Shown: positions 53,741 to 63,600 of the stretch, piece after piece | Position numbering within the stretch: position 1 is the first letter of the stretch | Layout: every line of letters begins with the position of its first letter | Assembly (NCBI GenBank): GCA_046290465.1 | Contig: JBKAGP010000001.1 | Location: forward strand, 4,160,001 to 4,224,000 | Direction of reading: 5' to 3' | DNA length: 64,000 bases | Origin: Planctomycetota bacterium | GTDB taxonomy: Bacteria; Planctomycetota; UBA1135; UBA2386 | Notes under the pieces: model-generated | What the model was told of the DNA's origin: nothing | The model's database searches: none | Seen by the model: the letters and a program-made list of their open reading frames with translations, nothing else | Program-made: the position numbers and the translations under genes

Positions 53741-55666
53741 ATGCGACTCCACTCGTTTTCGTGCGCCGCCGCCGCGGCGCTGCTCGTCGGGGCTTCGGTC
53801 GAAGCCCAGACCACCATCTACGTCGACCCGACCCATGGGGTCGACCACACCAGCGGCCCGTCGCCCAGCGCTCCGTATCGCACCATCAACTACGCGATCG
53901 GCATCGCCAACTTCGGCGACATCGTGCACCTCCACCCCGGGATCTACAGTGCGCAGACCAACGGCGAGACGCTGCCGGTGCGCATGCAGGCCGGTGTCGA
54001 CGTGCACTCGGCCGGCGCCGACAAGGTCGTGATCCTGGGCGACGGCAGCTCGCAGTGGATCGGGCCGCAGCACTTCCCGGAGGCGGTCGGTGTGTTCCTG
54101 CCGGAGAGCCCGATCGGCACCGACGGCCGACGTGATGCCACCCTCGAGGTGCTGGTCGACTTCTCCGGCGCCGGCGCTGGCGAACGCATCGAGGGCGTGA
54201 CGTTCCGCGGTGGCGACATCCAGGTCTACCAGGAGTACGAGACGTTCGGTCGCAGTGCCGTGCAGAACTGCGTGTTCGACATGCTGCACGAAGCGCCCGA
54301 TCCGAACGCCGATCCGCGCTGGGGTCCGATCGCGGGTCCGGCGTTCGGTGTGCTGTCGGTCGCCGTCTACGACTGGGACGCGCCGCAGCCGATCTACCAC
54401 CAGGGCTCGATGGAGTTCCTCAACAACACGGTGATGATGGCGTGGCAGCCGCACCCGGGTGCGCTCGCCACCGAACTCGTGACCTGTCGCAACGGCGCGG
54501 TCGGGTTCTGTGACGTCAACGATCCGGCGACGATCTACCCGATGCCGATCATCGGCGACACCGACAACTCGCTGCGTTCGATCAACGACCACCTGCTGGT
54601 CAACAACATCTTCCGCACCGTCACCCCGCAGGGAACGGGCGCGACCCGCGCGCTGCTCGGCGTCGATTCGACCGACACCGACGTCGTCGTCGGCACCCAG
54701 CTCGAAGAACGCAACGCGTTCGATCGCAACCTGGTTGGCGGCACCACCGGTCCCGGCGGCAGCCTGCCGCAGTACTGGTCGATCGTCGTGCCGGCGCTCC
54801 AGTACCCGCGTCCCGTCATCGACGTCAATCCCGCCAACGTGGCGATCCCCGGCTTCCCGGCCGGTCGCGATGCCGGCTACGTCGGCGAGTACATCACGCG
54901 CACCCACGGCTGGGCCGCGGGGGAAGGCCCCAACGACCGCTACATCCGCGACTGGCGACTGCTGCCGGCCACGCCCTACAAGGAGCTGGGCACCTCGCCG
55001 GTCGGCAACATCATCCGCGTCGGCAACGGCCTGACCTACACGGATCCGGTCGGCATCATGTCGGTGTTCGACTACGACGGCGAAGAGCACGGCAACCCGC
55101 GCATCGCGTCGGACCCGCAGGCGCCGAGCAACGGCGGTGAGGTCGATCTCGGTTTCGACGAGGCCAGCAACCTGATCATGGCGCGCAGCAACGCCAACGA
55201 CTCGGTCGCGCACGACGACTTCGTGCAGGACCTGATGACGACGCGCAGCACCATGCAGGCCTACCCGGACGGCGTCGGCCGCGGCCAGGACCTGCGCGAC
55301 CTGGTGACCCCGTCGGCGGGCAACCTGCTGTTCTACATGAGCCTGTCGCTGCCGATGATCCCGACGCTCTACGATCCGCCCTACATCCAGACGGTGGAGT
55401 GGCCGACGCTGATCCAGCCGGTGCTGCTCGGTGGCTTCACCGGCTACGACAGCTACTACCTGGCGAACGCCAGCGGCCCGCTGTCGATCGCGACGACGGC
55501 GGTGACCAACTACCTCGCCCCGTACGATCCGAATGGCCTGTCGTTCGGCAGCGTCGCCAACGTGGTCGAGCCGAGCCAGGGTCTCTACTTCATCTCGGTG
55601 CAGGGTCTGTTCACGCCGACGGTGGGCAACGCCGCCTACACCAACGTGCAGAACTACCACTTCTGA
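53741..55666 (+). CDS. Secreted DUF1565-like/beta-helix protein
   Basis: Signal peptide ending VEA-Q; IYVDP..G.D...PYRTINYAI...GDIVHLHPGIYSAQTNGETLP; DYDGE..GNPR...VDLGFDE motif. Confidence 0.72.
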   Translation: MRLHSFSCAAAAALLVGASVEAQTTIYVDPTHGVDHTSGPSPSAPYRTINYAIGIANFGDIVHLHPGIYSAQTNGETLPVRMQAGVDVHSAGADKVVILGDGSSQWIGPQHFPEAVGVFLPESPIGTDGRRDATLEVLVDFSGAGAGERIEGVTFRGGDIQVYQEYETFGRSAVQNCVFDMLHEAPDPNADPRWGPIAGPAFGVLSVAVYDWDAPQPIYHQGSMEFLNNTVMMAWQPHPGALATELVTCRNGAVGFCDVNDPATIYPMPIIGDTDNSLRSINDHLLVNNIFRTVTPQGTGATRALLGVDSTDTDVVVGTQLEERNAFDRNLVGGTTGPGGSLPQYWSIVVPALQYPRPVIDVNPANVAIPGFPAGRDAGYVGEYITRTHGWAAGEGPNDRYIRDWRLLPATPYKELGTSPVGNIIRVGNGLTYTDPVGIMSVFDYDGEEHGNPRIASDPQAPSNGGEVDLGFDEASNLIMARSNANDSVAHDDFVQDLMTTRSTMQAYPDGVGRGQDLRDLVTPSAGNLLFYMSLSLPMIPTLYDPPYIQTVEWPTLIQPVLLGGFTGYDSYYLANASGPLSIATTAVTNYLAPYDPNGLSFGSVANVVEPSQGLYFISVQGLFTPTVGNAAYTNVQNYHF

Positions 55667-55843
55667 TCGCGCGGTCGGTCTGCGCGCGGACGGTCGTTCT
55701 GGCCGTCCGCATGGCGGGGGTGGGATGGGATCGGCGGGGAAACCACCGCCAATCCTTGCCTGGTCGTCGCGGTGCCGGGAGAGTGCTTCCCGGGCCACGA
55801 TTCGCGACCGAACGGGACCGCGTTCGGCCACATCCCCCAACCG

Positions 55844-57316
55844 ATGCACCGCCTCCGCTACTTCATCGGCCTCTGCACCCTGATCGCGGCCGTGCTCGGC
55901 GCGATCTGGATGGTGCGACTGCTCCGTAGCATCGACGAGAAGCCGGGCATGTCGCTGACGCTCGAGTTCAAGAACGCCCAGGGCCTGCGCGCCGGCACCG
56001 ACGTGCGCTACCGCGGCGTCACCGTCGGCACCGTGCGTTCGGTCGCGATCTCCGGCGACGGCAGCAAGGCGGTCGCGCAGCTGCTGCTGGAGCCGGCCGG
56101 CGCCGCGCACGCGTGCGTCAACAGCAGCTTCTGGGTCGTGCGCCCGCGCTTCGGCGGGCTGACCTCGGGGGCGACCGGCCTCGACACGCTGGTGCGCGAC
56201 TCCTACGTCGCGTTCCACACGCCGGTCGACCGTGGCTCGATGCTGCAGTCGGGCAGCCTGCTCGCCGGCAACGAACGTCCGCCCGAGGGCTCCGATCCGG
56301 AGGTGCTCGACGACGTGCAGCACGGCGACCTGCTGATGACGTTGCTGGTGCCCGAGAACCACGGCCTCAAGCCGGGCAGCTCGGTGATCTTCCGCGGCAT
56401 GAAGACCGGCGACGTGCGCAGCGTGCAGCTGGCTCCGTCGGGCACGCACGTCGAGGTCGCGCTGCGGATCGCGCGCAAGCATCGCCAGACGGTCACCGAC
56501 CTGACCCGCTTCTGGGTCGCGCGCCCCTACGTCAGCGGCGCGCTGTTCAGCGGCTTCACGGTCACCGACGTCAGCGCGCTGCTGACGCCCTACATCAGCT
56601 ACTACGGCGAGCCGGGCGAGGGCGTGTTCGTGCAGGACGGCTACCGCACCGCCGCCGAGCCCGACCGCCCGCAGCTCGAGATGGGCGCGGTGCCGAAGCA
56701 CGCCGTCGCCACCGAGCGCCCCAAGGCGCCGCCGATCACCGACGACGTCGTGCTGGTGCGCATCACCTACAAGGCGGTCGAGCGCGACACGTTCAGCAGC
56801 GACGACAAGATCCTGCGGCACGGCACCGGCGTGCTGTTCCTCGACAAGGCGGGGCGCACGGTGGTGGTCACCGCGCGAGCCCTGGTCGACGCGAGCTACA
56901 CCGAGAGCGACTTCTGGGGCGATCCCGAGATCGACGACGAACAGATCAAGGTGCTGCTGCCCGATGGTTCGGTGCTGCGCGCGGGCCGAGTGTGGGTGCA
57001 TCCCGAAGGGCAGAACCTGGCGGCCCTGGTGCTCGAGGACGCGCGGCCGGACCTGACCGGCACGCCGAGCCACCGCTTCTCGGACGGCGCCGACGTCGAC
57101 GAGGGCGCCGATCGCAAGCTGCGCATCGCCGGCCCCGACGGCGCGCCGCTGCCCGGCACCAGCTACACCGCCGACGGTGTCGTCGAGGACGACCAGCTCG
57201 GCGGCGCGGTGCTCGCCGACGGCAAGGTGCTCGGGTTGCTGGCGTTCAAGCCCGGCGGCGGCGAGCGCGCGGTCGTCGCGCTCGACAGCCTGCCCAACGA
57301 CCTGCGGCCGCGCTGA
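55844..57316 (+). CDS. PqiB-like protein: two MCE domains plus C-terminal degenerate trypsin-like domain
   Basis: TM anchor; two copies of GL..G..V..RG...G.VRSV...FWV.RP; C-terminal GTGV...VVTARAL...NLAAL...DQLGGAVLADGKVLGL. Confidence 0.8.
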   Translation: MHRLRYFIGLCTLIAAVLGAIWMVRLLRSIDEKPGMSLTLEFKNAQGLRAGTDVRYRGVTVGTVRSVAISGDGSKAVAQLLLEPAGAAHACVNSSFWVVRPRFGGLTSGATGLDTLVRDSYVAFHTPVDRGSMLQSGSLLAGNERPPEGSDPEVLDDVQHGDLLMTLLVPENHGLKPGSSVIFRGMKTGDVRSVQLAPSGTHVEVALRIARKHRQTVTDLTRFWVARPYVSGALFSGFTVTDVSALLTPYISYYGEPGEGVFVQDGYRTAAEPDRPQLEMGAVPKHAVATERPKAPPITDDVVLVRITYKAVERDTFSSDDKILRHGTGVLFLDKAGRTVVVTARALVDASYTESDFWGDPEIDDEQIKVLLPDGSVLRAGRVWVHPEGQNLAALVLEDARPDLTGTPSHRFSDGADVDEGADRKLRIAGPDGAPLPGTSYTADGVVEDDQLGGAVLADGKVLGLLAFKPGGGERAVVALDSLPNDLRPR

Positions 57317-57324
57317 TCCGATCG

Positions 57325-58839
57325 ATGGGCGCCGCGCTCGAGTTCTGCAACTTCGGCCTCGCGCACCGCCGACCCGGCGGCGACGAGGTGCTGCTCGAAG
57401 GCGTCGACCTGACGCTGAAGCGAGACGGCTTCTACGTGTTCGTCGGCACCAGCGGCGGCGGCAAGTCGTCGCTGCTGCGCGTGCTCGCCGGCCTGATCGA
57501 GTCGCGCGAACCGGCGCCCCGGTTGAGCGGCAAGCTGGTCGCGTTCGGCAAGGAGCTGACCGGCGACGCACCGCAGATGCTGCAGGGCAACGTCGCGGCG
57601 ATCCTGCAGGACGAAGGGCTGCTGGACGAGTTGAGCCCGCGCGCCAACGTCGAGATGGCGCTGCTGGCGGCCAACCGTTCGCGCAAGCTGGCACCGGCGC
57701 TGCTCGCGCAGGCCGGCCTGCCCGACCCGCCCGAACGCGTCGCGCAGCTGTCCGGCGGCATGCGTAAGCGCGTCGCGGTCGCGCGCGCGCTGGCGTCGTC
57801 GCCGCAGCTGCTGCTGTGCGACGAACCGACCGCGGGGCTCGATCCGGCGGCGGCTCGCACGATCGCCAGGTTGCTGCGCGACGCGCACGACCAGGACAGC
57901 GAGCGCACGACGATCATCATCACCCACGACCTCGAGGCCTTCGACGGCCTGACCGACGGCGTGCTGGTGCTCGATCGTCCGGCCCGTTCGCTGCGGCTCG
58001 AGGCGCCCGCGTGGCGGCCGCCCGAGGGCAGTGGTGGCGGGCCGCTGGTCGGCAGCAACGGCGACGACGACGACGGCGGCGAGCCGGCCGCGCTGCACTG
58101 GTTCCGGCGCGCGCTGCTGCAGATGGCCGCGATCGGTGAGACCGTCTGGGACTCGGTGCGGCGGTTGCCGCCGGTCGAACTCGGCCAGGTGTTCCGCACC
58201 ACGATGCGGTTCGCGCTCGAGCCGGCGCTGTTCGTCGCGGTCGCCGGCGCGGTGATCGGTGGCCTGGCGACGTTCTTCGCGCTGCGCAACAACCCGATCG
58301 ACGGCGGCTTCGAGACCGCGCTGCTGACCGGCACCGGCAAGGTCGCGACCGCGGTGCTGGTGCCGCTGCTCAGCGGCTTCTTCTTCACTGCGCGCATCGC
58401 GGCGGGCGCGTCGGCACGCATCGGCACGATGAAGCGCACCAACCAGATCGCCGCGCTGCGCATGATGGGGGTGCACCCGGCCGACTACCTGCTGACGCCG
58501 CTGGTCTGGGGCATGATCCTGGCGATGCCGCTGGTCACGCTCGGCGGCGTGGTCGCCGCCGCGCTCGCCGCCGCGTTTGCCGCCAATGCGGTTTCCGGCA
58601 CCACGATGGTCAACTGGGCGACCGCCTACTTCATGACCGTCGACGCGCACGACGTGTTGATCGTGTTGGGCAAGTCGACGCTGTCCGGCTACCTGGTCGC
58701 GCTGGCCTGCTACCACCTCGGCACCGGCCCGAAGCGCTCCGGCGCCGAGGTCGGCGAATCGGTCAACTCGGCGATCGTGGTCGGCATGGCGCTGGTGCTG
58801 GCGGTGCACGCCGGCATCACGTTCGTCGTCTACGCCTGA
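57325..58839 (+). CDS. Fused ABC ATPase (MlaF-like) and MlaE-like permease
   Basis: GTSGGGKS, LSGGM, LLLCDEPTAGLDP, ITHD; then ASARIGTMKRTNQIAALRMMGVHPADYLLTP and G...VGESVNSAIV. Confidence 0.88.
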   Translation: MGAALEFCNFGLAHRRPGGDEVLLEGVDLTLKRDGFYVFVGTSGGGKSSLLRVLAGLIESREPAPRLSGKLVAFGKELTGDAPQMLQGNVAAILQDEGLLDELSPRANVEMALLAANRSRKLAPALLAQAGLPDPPERVAQLSGGMRKRVAVARALASSPQLLLCDEPTAGLDPAAARTIARLLRDAHDQDSERTTIIITHDLEAFDGLTDGVLVLDRPARSLRLEAPAWRPPEGSGGGPLVGSNGDDDDGGEPAALHWFRRALLQMAAIGETVWDSVRRLPPVELGQVFRTTMRFALEPALFVAVAGAVIGGLATFFALRNNPIDGGFETALLTGTGKVATAVLVPLLSGFFFTARIAAGASARIGTMKRTNQIAALRMMGVHPADYLLTPLVWGMILAMPLVTLGGVVAAALAAAFAANAVSGTTMVNWATAYFMTVDAHDVLIVLGKSTLSGYLVALACYHLGTGPKRSGAEVGESVNSAIVVGMALVLAVHAGITFVVYA

Positions 58840-58961
58840 GTCGATCGCCCGCACGAAGGTGCAAATCGGTGCCGGATCGCGTCACATACGACGCGTAGGA
58901 GATGTCGCCGCCGATCGCGGCGCCGCGCGAACCGCCCACCGGGGTGTCCAGAGCCAAGACC

Positions 58962-61022
58962 ATGCGCAGCCGATCCACGTTCGTCACGTTTCCCCTGCTG
59001 GCCGCGGCGTTGTGCGCCCAGCAACCTTCGCTGGCCGAAGCGAGGCGGCTCGCCGAGGCCAAGGCGTGGACCTCGCTCGCAGCGCTCGCCGAGCAGGGCA
59101 TGCAGCGCGAGCCGCACTCGCTCGACTGGTGCTACCACGCCTGCCTCGCCTACCGGCGCATCGACCGACACGACCAGGCCGATGCGCTGCTGGTAGCGTT
59201 GCGCGAGCGCATCGCCCTGCTCGATCGGCCGGCGCGGCCCGGAGGGGGCGTGGCGCGCAGCAGGGGGCCGGGTGACCACGGCACCGGGCGCGATCCGTCG
59301 GCAGCGTCGACGCCGTCGGTGACATCCAAGGCGAACGAGCCCGCGACCAACCGACCCGGGACGACCCCCGTGGCAAGCGATCCGTCGGCTGCCGCGACCG
59401 ATGCGAGCGGTGACAAGGATGCGCCCCGGCCACCGCTGCTGGCCGACAGCCTGGGAGACGACTATCCGTTCTTCGACGGCAACGACGAGCAGAAGCAGAA
59501 GGGCCGTGAGCAGGTCGAACGCAAGGTCGCGGTGGCTCCGCTGTCGCAGGTGCTGGCGTTGGATCCGGAGACGGTGCCGCCGTCGGCGCGTGAGGCCGTG
59601 AAGTCGGCTCTGGCGAGGCGCCTGCAGCGGGAGCTGTCGCAGCTCGTGGTCGGGTTCGGCGAACGCCTGTCCGCCGGCGACGCGGCGCGCGACGCGCTGA
59701 TCGTCACGCTCGAGGCGATCGTCGCCGCGATGGAGCGCAGCGACGCGGTTGCGTCCGAGCCGTTCCTGACGCTGCTGCAGGACCGGCAGGTGCTGCAGGT
59801 GCGGCAGGCGAGCGCGCGCGTGCTGCGCGCCTGCGGCCGCGCGCTGGAGCGGTGGGCCACGGCGATCGACCTGCGTCCCGAAGAACGAGAACGCCTCGCG
59901 TATCGCAGCACTCTGACGTCGGCGACCAAGGTGCACGCCGCTGGCCCGACCCAGGTCCGTGAACTGCTCGAGGGGCTGCTGTTCAAGCTGCGCGCGTCGC
60001 GATCGACCGAGGTGTCGCAACCGGCCGAGACCGAGCTCGCCGCGTTTGCCCAGGCACGGCTCGCTTCGGGTCGCGAGGCCGAGCAGAACGAACGCCGAGA
60101 ACGTGCCGCGCTCGACTACGAGGTCGCCCAGCAGTGCGACCCGGCGCTGGTCGACAGCCTCGCCAAGGCGGCGGATCTGTTCGTGGCGAGCGGCCGGCGC
60201 GCCGGCGCGGTGCGCGCGTGGAAGCGCCTGCGCAGCGCCAGCCGGGCCGGCGCCCTGGCGACGCTGGCGACCGAGAAGCTCGAGGGCGAACAGGCTGCGG
60301 CCGTGGTTCGCCTGAAGGGGGATGTGACCCAGCTCTATCGGACCAACGACTGGCAGGCGGTGGTCCGGTTCATCCGCGCGGAGCTGCCGATCCTGGCCGG
60401 CCCCGAACTGCGGCAGATCGAGGACATGGTGCAACGCGGCGCCAGCAACGAAGCCCTGAAGGAACTCAACGGGCTGGTCGACCGCATCAAGAAGGGCACG
60501 CTGGTCGAGAAGATGGCGATCGTGCGGGGCCACCGGATGGGCGTCGAAGGCGATCTGCTGGTCGTGCCGAGCGTTGCGATGAAGATGCGTCCGGCCACCG
60601 ATGGTGGGGAGGAGATCTACATCAGCACGGCACCGATCGACGAGACGTTCTGGAGCCGCCTTCGAGCGGCACCGATCTTCTCCTACGAGAACAGCACCGG
60701 TCCGCGTTGCCTGAGCTACCCGAACTCGGAGAACCTCTGCGAGCTCCTCAACGAACGTGAAGCCGATCGTCTACCCGTAGGCATGCACTTCCGGATTCCG
60801 ACGTCGGCCGAGTTGGCGCGCTTCCGCGACAAGAACGGCAAGCTGCCATATACGGAGGTCGACCGGCTGTGGGTCAGCGATCCGTGCGCGTTCGGCGGAA
60901 CGCGGCAGTTCGCCATGCGGTGGCGGATCGGGGTCGACGACTCGAAGATGGAGCGAATCAAAGCCTGGCAGCACAACGTGGAGCCACCGACCGGCGTCGT
61001 GTTCGTGCTGGCACGCCGCTGA
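58962..61022 (+). CDS. Secreted helical-repeat protein with C-terminal degenerate FGE-sulfatase-like domain
   Basis: Signal peptide ending LCA-Q; TPR-like helices; S/T/P/A linker; FRIPTSAEL resembles RLPTEAEW. Confidence 0.6.
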   Translation: MRSRSTFVTFPLLAAALCAQQPSLAEARRLAEAKAWTSLAALAEQGMQREPHSLDWCYHACLAYRRIDRHDQADALLVALRERIALLDRPARPGGGVARSRGPGDHGTGRDPSAASTPSVTSKANEPATNRPGTTPVASDPSAAATDASGDKDAPRPPLLADSLGDDYPFFDGNDEQKQKGREQVERKVAVAPLSQVLALDPETVPPSAREAVKSALARRLQRELSQLVVGFGERLSAGDAARDALIVTLEAIVAAMERSDAVASEPFLTLLQDRQVLQVRQASARVLRACGRALERWATAIDLRPEERERLAYRSTLTSATKVHAAGPTQVRELLEGLLFKLRASRSTEVSQPAETELAAFAQARLASGREAEQNERRERAALDYEVAQQCDPALVDSLAKAADLFVASGRRAGAVRAWKRLRSASRAGALATLATEKLEGEQAAAVVRLKGDVTQLYRTNDWQAVVRFIRAELPILAGPELRQIEDMVQRGASNEALKELNGLVDRIKKGTLVEKMAIVRGHRMGVEGDLLVVPSVAMKMRPATDGGEEIYISTAPIDETFWSRLRAAPIFSYENSTGPRCLSYPNSENLCELLNEREADRLPVGMHFRIPTSAELARFRDKNGKLPYTEVDRLWVSDPCAFGGTRQFAMRWRIGVDDSKMERIKAWQHNVEPPTGVVFVLARR

Positions 61023-61046
61023 CCCGACGCCGCGGACCCGACCTGG

Positions 61047-63593
61047 CTACCGCCGCCGCCAGGGACGAGCGGCGCGCACGCCCAGGTCGGTCTCGCGGTT
61101 GTTCGGATCGACGAAGTGGCGCGTGTGCGCGCAGGCCCTCGAGACAACCGTGCGGAAGCTGCCGCCGCGGGCGATGCGCACCGGGTGATCGAGGTCGTCG
61201 ACGATGCCGAGACCGTCGGGCGCGACCTGGTCGTAATCGCCGTACATCTGGGCTGGATCGCGACACCACTCCCGCACGTTGCCGTGCATGTCGTAGAAGC
61301 CCCAACGGTTGCCGCGGCTGGCCCCGACCGTCACGCTCAGCTGGTCCTTCGACCGCTTGTCCTGCAACGGCTCGAGCGCCTCGATCACCTCAGGATCCGA
61401 GCCCGTCCACCACGGCGTCGTCGTGCCCGCGCGGCAGGCGTACTCCCACTCGGTCTCCGACGGCATCCGCAGGCCGTGGCGCGCCAGCACGTGCTCGGCC
61501 TGCGACCACGTCACGTCGCCGATCGGATGGGTCTCGCTGTTGTGCAGGCGGTCCAGGTCGATGGGGCCACCGAGCCGCCGCCACTGCGCGCGCGTCAGTT
61601 CGTGGCGCGCCAGCAGGTACGGCGCCAGCTCGCGCGTCTGCTGGGGGCGTTCGCGCAGTCGGGCCATCGCCGATCCGGATGGCGCGCCGATCCGCGTCGT
61701 GCCACCGGGAACGAGCACGAACACGATCCCGAAGTCGTCGCGCCCACGGACGTTCCCCCGCTCGTCCGGATTGGGCACCCGCATCTGCCGAGGATCGAGG
61801 TCGGCGTCGCAGCCGCTGCGCGGGTGGTAGAACTCCCAGTGGCCGGTCGCGGCGTTGACGCCGATCGGGATCAGGTCGACGACGTCGTCGATCTCGAAGC
61901 GGCAGTCCGCGTCGCGGTAGACCGGACTCTCGGCGAGCGAACGGCGCACCTGCTGCCACGACGGCACATCGCTGCGGCCATCGGCGGCGGCGACCAGCTT
62001 GCCGTTCCACTCGATGGCGCGCTGCACCTCGTCGCGCCGCCCCGCCAGCCAGTCCATTCCGACCAGCAGCTGGCGCAGCTCTGCTTGCAGGTGGTCCTCG
62101 GCCGACAGGTCCCGCCGACCGGCCAGCTCCGCCACCGTCGCCTCGACCGACGGACGTCGCGCCAGCAGCGCATCGGCGTCCGCGAGCCAGGAGCCGAGCT
62201 CCGGCGTGAACGTCGGCGTCTCGACGGCCTCCCGGTCGCGCTTGTGCAGGTTGCCCAACAGGATCACGCCCTCGAGCTGCTCGTAGCGCTGCACGGTGCG
62301 ATCGAGCGTCACCGCCGACACCGCGCTGAAGCCGCCCGCGATCGCCAGCACCAGCGCGACGAAGGCGGCGACGGCGAGCATGCCGCGGTTGCGCCGAGCG
62401 AACTTGCGCGCGAGGTAGAGCCGCGACGGTGGCCGTGCCTCGACCGGTTCGTCGCGCTGGTAGCGCTTCAGGTCGGCGGCGAACTCGGCGGCGCTGGGGT
62501 AGCGCAGCGACGGGTCCTTGTGCAGCGCGCGCATCACGATCCAGTCGAGGTCGCGGGTCAGCGCGGTGCGAAGCTCGGCCACCGACGTCTGCCGCAGCTC
62601 GGCCGTGCGCCGCGCGTCGGCAGGGTCGCAGCGGTCGAAGCGAACGCTCGGGCGATCCGGTTCGTGGTCGCGCAGCAGCCTCAGCATGTCGACACCGCCG
62701 TCGCGGAACAGCAGCTCCGCCGGCAGCGGCAGCGACCCGACCAGCAGTTCGTAGAGCAGCACGCCGATCGAGTAGACGTCGACGAGCGTGTCGAGGCTGT
62801 CGCTGGCACCGGCCTGCTCGGGCGCCATGTAGACCGGCGTGCCGCCGCCGAAGTCCCCGACCACGGTCCGGAAGTCGGCCGCCGGCAGCTCGGCCTCGAT
62901 CGACTTGACCAGGCCGAAGTCGATCAGCTTGACCTGCAGGACCCCGCTGGTGTCGGTGACCAGCACGTTGCCGGGCTTCAGGTCGCGGTGGATCATGCCG
63001 CGTCGGTGCAGGTGGTGCACCGCGTCGCACAGCTGGCGCACCAGCCGGATGCGCTTCCACAGCGGCAGCCGCCGGCGGTCGCAGTAGGTCGTGATCTCCT
63101 CGCCCTGCACGAACTCCATCGCCAGGAACGGCTGGCCCTGCTCGGTCGCGCCGCACTCGTGCACCTTGGCGATGCCGTCGTGCGCCATCATCGCGAGCGT
63201 CTGGCGTTCGCGCTCGAACCGCTGCATGAACTCGGCGCTCGCCTGCGCGTGGTTCATCACCTTGAGCGCGACGCGCCGCCGCACAGGCTGTTCCTGCAGC
63301 GCCTCGTAGACGGTGCCCATGCCGCCCTGGCCGAGCTGGCGCACGATGCGGTAGGGACCGATCGCTGCCGGCAGCGGCGCCCCGGCCGCACGTTCGCGCG
63401 CGACGGCGTTGCGCGCGGCATCGACCAGCGAGCCGTCGCCCTCGCGGTGGTCGCGCAGCAGGCTGAGCACCTCGGCGACGACCCGATCGTCGCCGCGCGC
63501 ATGTTCGGCGAGGAACGCGCGCCACTCGCGCTCCGGCACCGAGCAAGCGCGCTCGAACAGGTCGAAGACGATCGAGAACGGCGGGCGGGTCAC
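61047..63593 (-). CDS. Ser/Thr kinase with C-terminal FGE-sulfatase domain
   Basis: GQGGMGTVY, HRDLKPGN, DFG, GTPVYMAPEQ, TM; RMPSETEWEYACRAG, DMHGNVREWC, RGGSF. Confidence 0.93.
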   Translation of the reverse strand: MTRPPFSIVFDLFERACSVPEREWRAFLAEHARGDDRVVAEVLSLLRDHREGDGSLVDAARNAVARERAAGAPLPAAIGPYRIVRQLGQGGMGTVYEALQEQPVRRRVALKVMNHAQASAEFMQRFERERQTLAMMAHDGIAKVHECGATEQGQPFLAMEFVQGEEITTYCDRRRLPLWKRIRLVRQLCDAVHHLHRRGMIHRDLKPGNVLVTDTSGVLQVKLIDFGLVKSIEAELPAADFRTVVGDFGGGTPVYMAPEQAGASDSLDTLVDVYSIGVLLYELLVGSLPLPAELLFRDGGVDMLRLLRDHEPDRPSVRFDRCDPADARRTAELRQTSVAELRTALTRDLDWIVMRALHKDPSLRYPSAAEFAADLKRYQRDEPVEARPPSRLYLARKFARRNRGMLAVAAFVALVLAIAGGFSAVSAVTLDRTVQRYEQLEGVILLGNLHKRDREAVETPTFTPELGSWLADADALLARRPSVEATVAELAGRRDLSAEDHLQAELRQLLVGMDWLAGRRDEVQRAIEWNGKLVAAADGRSDVPSWQQVRRSLAESPVYRDADCRFEIDDVVDLIPIGVNAATGHWEFYHPRSGCDADLDPRQMRVPNPDERGNVRGRDDFGIVFVLVPGGTTRIGAPSGSAMARLRERPQQTRELAPYLLARHELTRAQWRRLGGPIDLDRLHNSETHPIGDVTWSQAEHVLARHGLRMPSETEWEYACRAGTTTPWWTGSDPEVIEALEPLQDKRSKDQLSVTVGASRGNRWGFYDMHGNVREWCRDPAQMYGDYDQVAPDGLGIVDDLDHPVRIARGGSFRTVVSRACAHTRHFVDPNNRETDLGVRAARPWRRR

Positions 63594-63600
63594 GGTGGCG

